A stretch of 63,795 nucleotides of DNA, filler included, from Globobulimina sp. (GCA_003354225.1; 50 parts of 50 records of this genome joined end to end with filler, not necessarily neighbours in it); one strand, 5' to 3'; positions 11,642 to 25,128 are shown, numbered from the whole stretch's first letter. Made by a program: numbers and translations. Notes: generated by a model from the sequence alone, not told the origin.

Positions 11642-12793
11642 CATTGACATAGCAACTGGCAACATATTGGATGAGGATCAAAAAGACCATGTTTCAAATA
11701 CACTTTTTCATTGCCAGTTCTATTATTACTAATATCACCAATACTCCTTTACTTCCATTGGTAATCAAGCAAATGAGCCCAATTCCTAGGTTTCATGGCA
11801 AACAAAACAAACAATGCAGTACTTCTATATTTCTTTAATGCAGTACTTCTTGTTACCTTTATTTTTAACGTTGGTCAAAATATTTAATAATTCGGTTCTC
11901 CAAAATCTATGTCACTAATTTAATGTGATACAAGTAGTGTTGACTAAATTTATTATCATCATAAATAATTCATCATTCCACAAAATAATATTGCATCATT
12001 TGCATGTGAGTAAATATATATGCGCTCATAACACGAAGCATGATGATCGGATTAGATTTATAAACTTGTTAGGTGTTTTTAATTTTACTTTGTTAGATAC
12101 CATCCTTGAAACCTAAACAGTTATTGCAATGATCAACAATTTCCTTCAAAATTGATCGCCAAAACTGATGGTGGATCAGATTTATATATCATCACAGATC
12201 AGATCGATGGTACAGTACATTGGTACTGCACCATGACAAATTGCATGTGTTTTGGATAGTAATTCTTTCACAAATATTAGCGATATAATGCATATGCGCG
12301 AAGTACAGATTACATCGATACAAAAACAAAAATCAAAACCACTCAACAAACGACGACGACGTATATTGGACTTAAATAAATATTAATAATAGCCATCGTT
12401 ATTTGCCATACAGATTACAGAAATGTTGTTGCTATATATATTAGATCGGAGATGTGTTTTTGTATGTTTTTGTTTATACGGATAATCGCATAATAACAGA
12501 ATGTCATTGCAGCAGATACTACGATGTAATATATGCAACAAAACAAATGTGAAAGAATTACGTACCATCACTGATGATATATAAATATGATCCACACTCT
12601 CCAGGTTTGGCGACCAATTTGCAGTGACTAACAATCTGCTTTCCTAACTATACAAATGTAAAAAAAAATTAAGTTCTATTTAGTATCATCNNNNNNNNNN
12701 NNNNNNNNNNNNNNNNNNNNNNNNNNNNNNNNNNTTAATTAATTAANNNNNNNNNNNNNNNNNNNNNNNNNNNNNNNNNNNNNNNNNNNNATT

Positions 12794-13484
12794 TTACAGA
12801 TACACATAGGAAGTAAGACCATTTTGTGTCACTGTGAGGATCATAGTACCGGTACCAACAGCAGCTGACTGTGTACCGTTATAAAAGGACACCAATAATG
12901 GAACACGAAACTTCTTATAGCCAAATAAACAGTTACCGTCACTTGTCATATGTCCATTCACTCCAGAATCCATTACCAGAGGTCTAGAAACACTGGAAAT
13001 GTTTGAAGTATCAATGGGGGTACGGTAGCGGCGACCATTTTGGAAACGTTTGTGTCTTCTGGACGAAATACGACGAGGGGAGGTGCACTCATGACGATAA
13101 TGTCCTCTTCCACCACATCTCCAACACATAACATAAGAGGGGGAAGCATTGTACCTTTTAGGAAACATAAATTGACGATTTCCATGCATTTTCGGCGATT
13201 TTTGACGATTTTCGTCGAATTTCGGCTTTTTAGCATAAAGTTCACGATTTACTGACCGAACAGACGATGGAGGCGTAGGTACACTCGACTGGGGACACAT
13301 TTGAGGCACTGTACTTGACACAAACACCATGGTTTTCTGACGACTGTCCTTCAAAAATGGTTTTCTTACTCTTTTGGGGTCCATATTTCTCGGGTTAAAA
13401 ATCGTTCACAGATGCAGATTTTTCACTCAAAATAACAGTTACTTTTCACTGGGAACAGGGAAGGCTTGCATAGGACCATAACCA
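12794..13484 (-). mobile_element. Ty1/Copia LTR retrotransposon 5' part: PBS-like site, short gag with zinc knuckle, aspartic protease with premature stop
   Basis: CWRCGGRGHYRHEC (CCHC), VMDSGVNGHMT...VSFYNG...AVGTGTM protease; GGTTATGGTCCTA at 13483-13471. Confidence 0.85.
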
Positions 13485-14068
13485 AGCGGACGTCCAGGAA
13501 TTCCAACTAAATTAACATGGAATATCCAAGTCCAAAAATATCAGAGGCGATGTTGGTGATCGAATAAATTAACCAAACTGTTGTTGTTTTAGTTCCTCAG
13601 TAAAGCATATTGTTCTGCACTGTTCCTGTAGTCTTTTCAATAATATTTTACTACAAACAAATAACAGATATTAACCAAATATGGGTACATAACACGCGTA
13701 ACGTCGCGTAACTCAGAAGTCTCCACAGAATATAATATAATAAACAGGCAACTCGCAAAAGGCGCAGTAAACCATTTCTACGTGCAACAAGACCTGCACG
13801 TCTACATACAAATGACGCTCTTAAATATATACGACGCACTAATTCTGAATACAAAGTGCGTGGTTCAAGACCGTTTTACGACTCTCCATCTTAATATTAA
13901 TATTAGCTAAACTAACTGGAGAGTTCGGTTGGCTCATATCAAGATTACTTACCCAGAGCCCAACTTACNNNNNNNNNNNNNNNNNNNNNNNNNNNNNNNN
14001 NNNNNNNNNNNNTTAATTAATTAANNNNNNNNNNNNNNNNNNNNNNNNNNNNNNNNNNNNNNNNNNNN

Positions 14069-14231
14069 TTTTTTGTAACTTAACATATATTTTGGCACTG
14101 TGGTTGTCTTTGGCAGAATAAACTGTTGCAAATCCCCCTTCGCCAATTTTTTCAATGATTTTGACGGCTTTTTTGTTGATTAAGACACTGGTTCCTGGCG
14201 GTAGTAGACCTTGGTTGTGGTCATCACCACC
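14069..14231 (-). CDS. Protein kinase N-lobe fragment, Bub1-like
   Basis: KIGEGGFATVY...YVKLQK; the KxQK form of subdomain II is typical of Bub1/BubR1. Confidence 0.55.
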
Positions 14232-15346
14232 TTTAAATAGAGACGAGATTAGACTGTTGATGTGTATATCAATATTTATATTGAAAATCATTTGTCTGCA
14301 TAGGAACAGAGGCATAACTTCATTATAAAAATCTGGAGGCCTCAAAAACGTTTAAGTCAAAAACATCTAGAAACATCTTTGCGAATGAAGCGATGCATTG
14401 GAGTGTGTATTGGAACCTGTTGTTTGTTTCCTGCAGTTAATTTGTATTTGCTTCACAATATATGCACATTACTCGTATTGTTAATTATATGTCAGATTCA
14501 AGAACGATTTTCAATGGATATATCCACATGAAATATGATAATGGTTTGTATATAACGTATGGATTTGAAAGAAACTTTTTCAAAATGTTTCAATAATATC
14601 TAGTCGAAGCAGCAATGCCTTCACCATCAAAATATAACCACTTTTTGAACGGACAAAACTATGAAATACCATTATGGAACGCAATGATATACCTAACAAT
14701 ATGTGTTTGCATTGGAATGTGTATTGGAGGCTGTATAAAATATTTTGAGGGCAAATGTAACGAAATAACTGAATACAAAGGCATTGATGTTAGTGAAAAT
14801 CATGTATAAATTTTTTTGTCAACCCGTTCTTGTCAAAAATGTACAAGTATTTATTGTAAGAAAATAACCCTTGCACTTGAGTCACGTACTGTATATCCTC
14901 GCACTTTTCAGTTCAAACTATTATAAAGGTAACAAACTACGACTACGTCGGTTGCACCGCAAATCACCGTTCTTTGACTGAGATTCAAATGCTAACAACT
15001 TTCCCGTCATAAGGACTAGCTTCGTGAAAATTAAATAATCAAATTGATTATGTGCCCTTTTGTTGCAAAAAGATCACACGGAACACAATATTTCTCCATA
15101 AATCCTGTTCGAAAAACCATAAATGTGCTTTATTTTTACCCCATATTAATTTCGATTGTTTATTGTTCACATTTAGTTTCTCATTTTCGTTCCATTCATT
15201 TTCAAATCCCTCCAAAATTCCTTTATGGCTATGCTCATGGGAGTAGNNNNNNNNNNNNNNNNNNNNNNNNNNNNNNNNNNNNNNNNNNNNTTAATTAATT
15301 AANNNNNNNNNNNNNNNNNNNNNNNNNNNNNNNNNNNNNNNNNNNN

Positions 15347-16011
15347 ACATTTGCGGTTTGCTTTAATTTGTTTATTAATGTTGTTTTGCGTTTATTCAAT
15401 GCAGTGATTGCATCAAAAAATGCGGCTTCAATTTGTTTGCTACAGTTTGCAATTTGTTGATCAATGCCTGTTATATTTATGAATTATGGCACAATAAATA
15501 TCAAATGAGCTATAATATAATTCAAAGTTTTACCTCTTTGTATTTCGTCAATGTTTTGCATGGATTGCTCCATTGATTGGATCTTTTTATCCATTGTAAT
15601 TATCGCTTTTTGTTCTTCATTGGCGATGACATTCTATGTAATAATAATTTATGTGGAGAGTGCAAGGATGGATATATAATAAATATAATATGTACCAAAG
15701 AACGATCAGATTTTGCTTTTTTGACAATATATTTAAATTTATTGGTCTCAAATAAAGTTAATTCTAATTCCTGCGCAAAATTAACAACCTGTCCATCTTC
15801 GATTTCTTTTAATTCATCACTTGAACAAAACAATTAAATATTTCAAACTGACTGTTATTAAATGTATGACCGATAATATAAATAAAACATACACAGAGCT
15901 CATTTCTGCTGTCAATTTTCGAATCATTTTGGTTTTAACGCCATGACTACACAACCATTGAATAAATTCATTTTCACCGTTACTCGTTTGTCCTTCCAGT
16001 TGGGCAGCCAT
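15347..16011 (-). CDS. SAM-like + coiled-coil protein, three introns, 3'-partial
   Basis: MAAQLEG..FIQWLCSHGV.. splices via GT-AG introns to DELKEIEDGQV.., NVIANEEQKAI.. and IDQQIANCSKQIEAAFFDAITALNKRK. Confidence 0.65.
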
Positions 16012-16057
16012 TATATTAAATGAGATAGACCAGTTAAAATTTTGTAGTTTGCTGATA

Positions 16058-16524
16058 ATGGGAAATTCTTCAACTAACGACTGGGCCGCAAACGCAGACC
16101 ATCCGCTGATAACAAACGCCATCCTCAAAGTCGGTTGGTTAATAAAGAAAGGCGCCACACGGAACAGTTGGAATAAACGCTATGTGTTGTTACTGACAAC
16201 AAACATTTTATTATATTTCACCGATTCCAACTGCTTAGAACATCGAGGAACCGCAGATTTTAGCAAATTGAAAAATGTTGGCACGATCAACAAAGCAGCA
16301 TCCACATTCATCATAGTGACAGCAAACAGAACCTGGGAATTCAAAGCAAGCAACAAAGTCGACGCTATGGACTGGGTTAAAAAAATAAAGCACGTTTACA
16401 ACCAACACAGACATAACAATAAAAACAAAAAACACCATCACGACCTACAACAACTCGAAAAACAGAAATCAAAACAGAAAGACACGAAATCCACCTTCGA
16501 GTACGAAATGAATATGGTCAAAAC
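16058..16524 (+). CDS. N-myristoylated PH-domain protein, 3'-partial
   Basis: MGNSS start; KVGWLIKKG..SWNKRYVLL..LLYF..RTWEFKA..DWV. Confidence 0.88.
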
Positions 16525-16624
16525 NNNNNNNNNNNNNNNNNNNNNNNNNNNNNNNNNNNNNNNNNNNNTTAATTAATTAANNNNNNNNNNNNNNNNNNNN
16601 NNNNNNNNNNNNNNNNNNNNNNNN

Positions 16625-17060
16625 CAATATATAAAGCAGCGGCAGAATCCTCTGCATCTGTATTATTACACGATGGATTTGCTAAGGATAGTCCTGGAGG
16701 GCATGTAGTACCAACACTATCATTACCTGTATACCACCAATCGAATGTGATGCCTTCCACTGAATGTTCAGCATACCAATCAAGCCATTGTCTGGCCATA
16801 TCATTATATTTGGAGCTATTCCATTGTAGTAGCCCTCGTAATGCCATTCCAGAATAATATGGAACAGATCTGTAATATGCATTGCTGTTTGAGTCATAAT
16901 AACCAGGATCATGGTGTACCAATATAGCTCCTGTATTTGGCATAAACAAATCATTGATTCAATCAGCTACTATGGATGCTGTTGATTGTAGCAACGATTG
17001 TTCGCAATCATGTGCAAAACAGGCACAAAGCAAAAAACATAGGAATTTCAGCTTCATCAT
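16625..17060 (-). CDS. Secreted six-hairpin-glycosidase-like protein with an in-frame TGA at 16961-16959, 3'-partial
   Basis: Signal peptide MMKLKFLCFLLCACFA in frame with PYYSGMALRGLL..WLDWYAEH..DAEDSAAALY. Confidence 0.5.
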
Positions 17061-17185
17061 ACTGTTGATGCATGGTAGAAACCAAAAAAATGGACCATAA
17101 TGGGCTGGACGATGCTTTGAGAACTTGATGTTTGGATACATATATCTCTTGCAGTCGAGCTAAAAAACGTTTTTGTTTAACGACA

Positions 17186-17802
17186 ATGTCAAAATCCGCT
17201 ATGATCAGACAAATGTCTGCTCAAGCAACATTAAAACTAACGCATACACCATCCACTGCAGAACCAGAAGAGATTATTACCGCTAGAAAATCGTTAAAAA
17301 CGACAGAAAATATAACAACATCCTTAGTATCTATTGCGAATCATTTGTACTTGGCACAAAAAGATGAATCTAGATTAATGACGAAATTGTGTGATGCGTT
17401 AACAAGTGTTAATATTGTTAGTAATGATGATAAATTTGCGATATTTTTGAATAATATGGGCAGAGTATATTCAAACTTCGATGAAGTGTACCAATTATAT
17501 CTAATCAATATGGAAGACCAACTGCTTAAACCCATCCATCAATTCAACAAAACAGAACTCAAAACATGCCAACAATTGCAGTTACAACTAACTACAAAAA
17601 AAGCTGAATATGATTTGAAGAAAGAAGGTGAAAATAAGTTAGTTAAAGCTCAATCCGTTAAAAAAATCAATTTGCTAAGAGTTCATGTTGAGTATTCCAT
17701 ATGTTTTCGTTTTTGAATTAACATTCTTTTCAATACTGTACGTACTGTGTTTATGTTTGGCAGAGTGCAAAGAACAAATCATGCCAAAAATTAGATGAAT
17801 TG
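17186..17802 (+). CDS. BAR-domain protein, 3'-partial
   Basis: Helical N-BAR-like pattern ending QLLKPIHQF...KKAEYD; probable intron near the 3' end. Confidence 0.6.
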
Positions 17803-17989
17803 NNNNNNNNNNNNNNNNNNNNNNNNNNNNNNNNNNNNNNNNNNNNTTAATTAATTAANNNNNNNNNNNNNNNNNNNNNNNNNNNNNNNNNNNNNNNNNN
17901 NNATATAGAAAAATCCAGTAAACAGGAACAAATAATATACTTTATTAAGAGAGTATATAGTAAATTAAAAAAGATAGAGAATTGAGAGG

Positions 17990-19028
17990 TAGTGTAAAAA
18001 AGCCGCATCGCCAAAATGCCGCACCGCCGCCCGGTTTAAAACAGCGCCCAAGGGTTACGGTATCGTATAAGGTAAAAGTATAAAAATATGAAATTTTTAG
18101 ACAATTTTTTTTAATTTTAAAATACACGAAAATGGGGAAATTATAAGTCATATATGTAATACATATTTAACGTCATGGAACCATTGGACAGTTTTGGGGG
18201 CATCGAATGAGTTGGTTGTGTCTGTGCAACTGTCAATCAAGCAGGAAACCAGCCAGGGAAGGGACTGTTCGGACTACAGTCGTTGAAAACGTTTTTCGAC
18301 TTGCACCTCCACCTAAATTAGTAATTACCTCCTTGTACTTACATACATTATACATATTTATATACAGAATTGGGCCTGGGGCAATGAATGATGGGGAGGC
18401 TTCCCCCACTCCAACTTGAGATAAGTTTTCGAATATTTTTGCCCAAACATAACTATTTAAAAATTATACAATACTTTGCCGTGACATCGTTTGTTTGCTT
18501 GGTTGGTGGGGTTTATGACCAGCTGCAGCAGACATTTGACTATCTATGAGTTCAGTTTGTTGTCGAAGCTAATTTTTCTCAGACATATGCTTCATAATCA
18601 GGTCTGATGTTTAGAAAATTAGCAACAGATACCTTCAAACCAAAGTCGCGAAAAGTTGGACAAGTAGAACTCATTCGACCATGGCTTCCCATTCCAGACT
18701 GGGTTTTGCTGCACTGTACATACATACATACATACATACACGTACGCACGCACGCATGCACGCTTACTATGGAAGGGCTGGTTGGAGCTTCGAAAACGTG
18801 AAATACGTTGTACATGGGAATATAATTGACTAAATTCTGACTGAATAATAATAATAATAATAGCCTGTATTTTACAGTATTTTGCATTAATAAAATTTAT
18901 TATAAACGAGACAAAATTATTATGACAAAAACTGAAAAGGCCTAATTTTTGCGGTGAGCGCTGTTTTAAACCGCGTACGGCAGCGGAGTGGCGGTGCGGC
19001 TTTTGGCGGTGCGGCTTTTTTTACACTA
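17990..19028. mobile_element. Non-autonomous DNA transposon (~1.04 kb) with long GC-rich imperfect TIRs
   Basis: TAGTGTAAAAAAGCCGCATCGCCAAAATGCCGCACCGCC..CGGTTTAAAACAGCGC at left is mirrored at 18957-19028; no intact ORF. Confidence 0.8.
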
Positions 19029-19180
19029 TCTATAAACCAAACCATTTCCATAGCAACGTGAATTCGCCGCAACGCTGAACNNNNNNNNNNNNNNNNNNNN
19101 NNNNNNNNNNNNNNNNNNNNNNNNTTAATTAATTAANNNNNNNNNNNNNNNNNNNNNNNNNNNNNNNNNNNNNNNNNNNN

Positions 19181-20358
19181 GACCATTTGCATGAATTTCG
19201 GAATAAGAAATTGAAAAAGATTCAAGATTGCATCAATAGACATTATCCCATAGGTAATGGTGAATGGAGCGACGAAAATAAGTTTATTGACTACATCATC
19301 AAAGATACTGTTAAATTGCGGGATTTATTGGCTGTCAAATTGCGCAAATATGTCAAAAATAATACCGACTTATATATATCACAGATATTAAAAGAGATTA
19401 ACGATCGCGACACAGAGAGGGAGAAAGAAAATGATATTCATATCGAAGAGAAAAAAGAAAAAGAAAAGGAATTGCCAGAAAGAGAAAAGGATTTTATTTC
19501 ATATTTGGTCGATTTAGCATATGGCAGTGATTCTGAATGGAAACAACAACAGAAAGAAATCAGAAATTTTTTTATCGGCGGAAATATTGACATAAAGCAA
19601 ATGAAAAAAGTAGAGTTTTCAAAGAAAATGTTAGCAGTCACCCAATCCTTACAATATCCCAATGCCCAATCCGGCAAATTATATAAAAAACTATTAAATC
19701 AACCATCGACTGATGACTTATGCGATATTATAATATCTGAAATTGATTCGTTTCGAAATAAAAAAAGAGAAAAAGTGAGGAAGGAATGCATGAAAGCAAA
19801 TATAACTAAAAATAGTTGGTCGTCAAAAAAAGAAGGCACAGAATTTTTATCCAAAACATTGAAATTAAAACACAATCAATTAAAAAATGTAATTATTAAA
19901 TTATTTGGCTCAATTGATGACGATGATGTATTTGCGGATTGGCTCTGTGATGTTATTTATAATAAAAATGATTTAAATAAATTGAATTCAAGAATTGGAA
20001 ATTATTTCAATAACAATACCTTTATAATTAATAACAATGATAATTATAAAACCATCAATGATTTTAAAAATTGGTTTAATATTTCAATATTTACTGCAAA
20101 TAATTTATATCAACAAATTATAAAAACATTAAAAAACACCTCCTCATTTACAGCAAAAGAGTTAATTGAAATATCATGTAATTATTTATCAGATATTAAT
20201 CAAATAAATAAGAAAGACATTGTTGAGAAATGTAAAAATAAAAATATTAATAACCACAAATTATTTATCGACAAATATGGTGATTCAATTGAAAATTTAA
20301 TGTTTTTTTTGAAGGATATCTTAGAATTAAAATTATCGAATGCCAATCCATTATTAAT
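19181..20358 (+). CDS. Internal fragment of a large Lys/Asn-rich hypothetical protein
   Basis: Uninterrupted ~390-codon frame in very AT-rich DNA. Confidence 0.75.
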
Positions 20359-20458
20359 NNNNNNNNNNNNNNNNNNNNNNNNNNNNNNNNNNNNNNNNNN
20401 NNTTAATTAATTAANNNNNNNNNNNNNNNNNNNNNNNNNNNNNNNNNNNNNNNNNNNN

Positions 20459-21465
20459 ATACTATGTACAATTAAGAATATGTCATACAGTATGTGGCTA
20501 TGTGCATTGTGCAAGGATAACATATATGTAATGTAATATGCACATACGTTTACTGTACGATAATTAAAGCCAGAACTCATAGAGTCCGGTATATCAATAC
20601 GATAAAAATGCCAGTCTGGATTACAATTATTCTCACCTTTATCCAAATTACAATCCCATTGAGATTGCATTAATATGACAGCACCGCCGTATGTTATATT
20701 ATGTGATACATTTGTTATTTTACCGTGTGTTGCAGCGCGAATTATTTCATCCAATGAAAATAGATTATACCCCTCAGCGGGTTTGCCATTATGATTAACG
20801 TCTTCTGTGTTTGACCTCGATACTCCAAACGCAGAGAAGGTAATGTCCACTTTAACAAAGGCGGTAAATGCGCCAATATTAACAATGGGAACTTGGGCAG
20901 ATTTGTCATCAGTTTCAAGCGGACACCATGACTTTACTTCGCATCGATCATTGGCTGCATAAGTGCGATTATAATGCGATGAACAGTTATTTGGTGACTG
21001 GCTGTAACAACAGTTGCCAGTATATATGCCCTGACTCTTTGGCGTATACGTACCCACTTTGCATACATGTGTATAATTAGCTGTATTACATGCGCCGACA
21101 TCTCTATTTCCGGGACAATTATCACGTATTTGATTCGGTGTTACTATCATTGATGTTGTAATGAAGAAGACATCTTCTTCGATTGACGGGATTACTAAAT
21201 CCATAGCATCGTATACTGTGCCAGCAGTCGTGTTAAGTGCACCTCCGACAGATCCGGTTCCTTTCAATTTAACAGAAGTTGTGCCTGTTACTGGATCAAA
21301 TTCTTGATAGCCTCTCTCAGCATATACGGTAAATACACAGATATATATTAATACAGATATAAGACAGGTATAATAAACAATGGCTAATCTGCGATTTTTA
21401 ACCCTAATAAAACGTGTAGATTTATACACACAAAGTATATTTTCTAAACTTTCCCAAAAGGTCAT
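20459..21465 (-). CDS. P2X ATP-gated ion channel, 3'-partial
   Basis: YKSTRF, TM1, GYQEFD, SVKLKG, VTPNQ, CEVKSWCPLE, WDCNLD, GFNYR, then a GT intron. Confidence 0.95.
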
Positions 21466-21822
21466 GGTCAAAGAGTTTTTTTTTTATAATCTGCTTTCTC
21501 AATAATAATGCGAAGATTGTTACTTCAAAAATTATTGTGAATGTAATTCTGTGTAATTCAATTATTGTTGTGTTTGATTTACTAGTACCGGTATGCAAAA
21601 ACAATGTAAATTAGCACACAACGTTTTAGCTTAGTGNNNNNNNNNNNNNNNNNNNNNNNNNNNNNNNNNNNNNNNNNNNNTTAATTAATTAANNNNNNNN
21701 NNNNNNNNNNNNNNNNNNNNNNNNNNNNNNNNNNNNTTAAAAGCTTTTTATTTTTCATCAAAAAAACACCCAACCTCACATTATTCATTTTTACAACATT
21801 TCCAACAACTCTTAATCTTTGA

Positions 21823-22523
<701 letters not shown>

Positions 22524-23014
22524 TAATTATTACAGGCACAGATATTTATTGCATTAATTTCAAATGTATTTGATCTCAAGAAAAAGTAGAATAAGAAATT
22601 GATTTTCTGTTTTATTTTTTTTTTGTTTGTTTTTAATCGTTTGCAATCTTGTTTATTTCAATTTTAATAATAATTCAATTAATTTTTGTTCTACGCGTGA
22701 GAAATTTGCAAAGCATATGAAGTGCAAGGATAGAAAAACGTTTTTGACTACTTTCCTGTAGATTGGTTCGGAGGAGACGTTTTAGATCCTATGTATTGTT
22801 ATCACCATCTCCCTGGTGTGCGAGGATAATCTAAAACTATTTGTGAGGTGAAACAAACATATGATATTATTGTACAACGAATTACGGAAACCAACAAAAA
22901 TACAAAATGAGTGCNNNNNNNNNNNNNNNNNNNNNNNNNNNNNNNNNNNNNNNNNNNNTTAATTAATTAANNNNNNNNNNNNNNNNNNNNNNNNNNNNNN
23001 NNNNNNNNNNNNNN

Positions 23015-24192
23015 GAGATATTGAGCGAAATTATCGGATTGGCTGCCAACCCGAACGTGAATCAGGCGCATTATTTCAAGCTATACCACGCCTTTACTAA
23101 ATTAGTTTTAATCAAACCCGCAAAGCGTGGCGGCCGAGGAAGTTTTATGCAGCGATCGAAATTATGTAAGATTCGACTACAAATGTTCAGAGATAAGAAA
23201 TACGACTTATTATGGACGCATTTGTTGCAACACATGCGTATATTGGCCGAGATGAAGCAGAAACGGGCAAAACTTGGTAAGGCAATCCAGCCCGCCACAA
23301 ATCAAGTATTCCTTAGACAGAAACGGGCGGTGAATTACGTTCGTGAGGGAGACTTAAGCCGAGCCGCCGCAGCCTTGACAACCAACGGTATGGCGCCATT
23401 GACCGATGCCATCAAACAACAGTTAATCGACAAACATCCGGCCCAACACAAACCGGATCTGTCTATATTTAATCTGGATAATGTACCGGAGCTCGAGCTG
23501 ATTTCCGGCGAAGTTTATAAAACCTGTTTGAAACAACAACGATTAGGGGGCTCAGGCCCGTCATTATTGAGACCGTATCATATTAGGCAATGTGCGCGGA
23601 GCTTCAGTGGGCGTAAACTGGCTCTGAGCATTGCAAAATTTGGCAAATGCTTATTTAGCGGCAATTTCCCTCTATATTTAGGTCGGTATTATTCAGCATC
23701 TTCATTGTACCCATTATGGAAAGACCACACTCGAACCGGTGCCCGACCCATCGCATCCGGCGACGTATTGGACAGAATTATCGGTCGTACAGTTGTGAGG
23801 GATAAGCGTTTGGAGTGGAGAGACATTTTGGAGCCGGAACAGCTATGTTTATCCGAACGCGGCACAGAAAAATGTATTTTTGCCTGTAAGCACGCGATTG
23901 CCACCAATGCGAATAATAAGGATTGGATTTTGGTGGCAGTTGATATCAAAAACGCGTATAATTCCGGCGATAGACAAATTAAATTAATCGCAACGCAGAA
24001 ATATGCCCCGGAATTACTGAAATTCGAAGCTCTAAAATACAACGATAGCATTCCATTATATATGTCCGATGGAACTGTCGTTCAGTCGCAGGCCGGGGGC
24101 AAACAAGGCGACACTTTGGCTGGTTTTAACCATGGTTTATATGACAAATATATCACAGATCCGATCCGATCTAAAACCAAATATAACAATTA
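23015..24192 (+). mobile_element. Non-LTR retrotransposon reverse transcriptase (CRE/SLACS-like), partial intact ORF
   Basis: GDLSRAAAAL..LIDKHP, GGSGPSLLRPYH, RPIASGD, VDIKNAYNS, GGKQGDTL. Confidence 0.88.
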
Positions 24193-24292
24193 NNNNNNNN
24201 NNNNNNNNNNNNNNNNNNNNNNNNNNNNNNNNNNNNTTAATTAATTAANNNNNNNNNNNNNNNNNNNNNNNNNNNNNNNNNNNNNNNNNNNN

Positions 24293-24571
24293 AAAGGATT
24301 ATATAAATGTTCTGATTTGGTTGTTAAAGCTGCGGAATATGGTGTGTTTGAAAAATCAGGAAACTCATATATTTTACCTGATGGAACAACAGCAACAATG
24401 AAAGCTGTAAGAACAAAATTTAAAGAATATGCTAATGAAATAAATATGAATGCAATTGCAAAAGCAATTAAAGAAAATTTTAAATTCGGCCAGATTGAAA
24501 GTTCAGATGAGGAAATTAACATTGAAGAAGTAGAATCTATTGATACAAAAGAGGTAGAATCAAGTGAGTAA
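24293..24571 (+). CDS. Phage RecA/UvsX-like recombinase C-terminus (partial)
   Basis: GLYKCSDLVVKAAEYGVFEKSGNSY followed by an acidic tail. Confidence 0.6.
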   Translation, partial: KGLYKCSDLVVKAAEYGVFEKSGNSYILPDGTTATMKAVRTKFKEYANEINMNAIAKAIKENFKFGQIESSDEEINIEEVESIDTKEVESSE

Positions 24572-24752
24572 TAAATCAAGCTTATGGGTTCCAAAATTTA
24601 ATACTGATGTTATAATTGAATTTAATTCTGATTGTACAGAAATAAATGTTGAATATATTCCTGGATCGTGTTACACTGAATCAGAATTAAAAAAAGAAGT
24701 TAAAGTCATCATTAAAAATATGTTAAAATTAGTTACTGATGAAATGAAATAA
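24564..24752 (+). CDS. Phage-like hypothetical protein
   Basis: GTG start overlapping the upstream gene end, GAGGT Shine-Dalgarno upstream. Confidence 0.65.
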   Translation: MSNKSSLWVPKFNTDVIIEFNSDCTEINVEYIPGSCYTESELKKEVKVIIKNMLKLVTDEMK

Positions 24753-24873
24753 ACGTCGATTTAAGTGTATTAAATGTTAAGGGTATGTGTTAGTATGTAT
24801 TTCTTATTTAATACGCTTATTTCATAGTGTCAGAACGTTAAGTATACAATAAATCATTAAGGAGGAAAACAAA

Positions 24874-25128
24874 ATTCCAATATTTGACTATGAATGTTCA
24901 TGTGGTAATATTTTTGAAAAATTAGTAATGAACACAACAAAAAAATTGATAGTTGTATGTCCAAAATGTAAATCTGAAAGCACAACAAAAATTATGAGCA
25001 ATCTTTCCATTGTTAATATTCGTGGTTACAGTGAGCAAAATGGATATTCAAAAAAAGTCCAAAGTGATGTTGATATAATAAAAGCTGGTCCAGAAAAATC
25101 AATCGAAAGGATGAAAAATGCCTTCTAA
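24874..25128 (+). CDS. FmdB-family zinc-ribbon protein, ATT start
   Basis: TAAGGAGG at 24858-24865, 8 nt before ATT-CCA-ATA-TTT-GAC-TAT-GAA-TGT, giving (M)PIFDYECSCG..CPKC. Confidence 0.8.
   Translation: MPIFDYECSCGNIFEKLVMNTTKKLIVVCPKCKSESTTKIMSNLSIVNIRGYSEQNGYSKKVQSDVDIIKAGPEKSIERMKNAF

Noticed and set aside
23015-24192. Retron, DGR or group II intron RT
   Set aside because: Motifs and the upstream domain match eukaryotic non-LTR elements.
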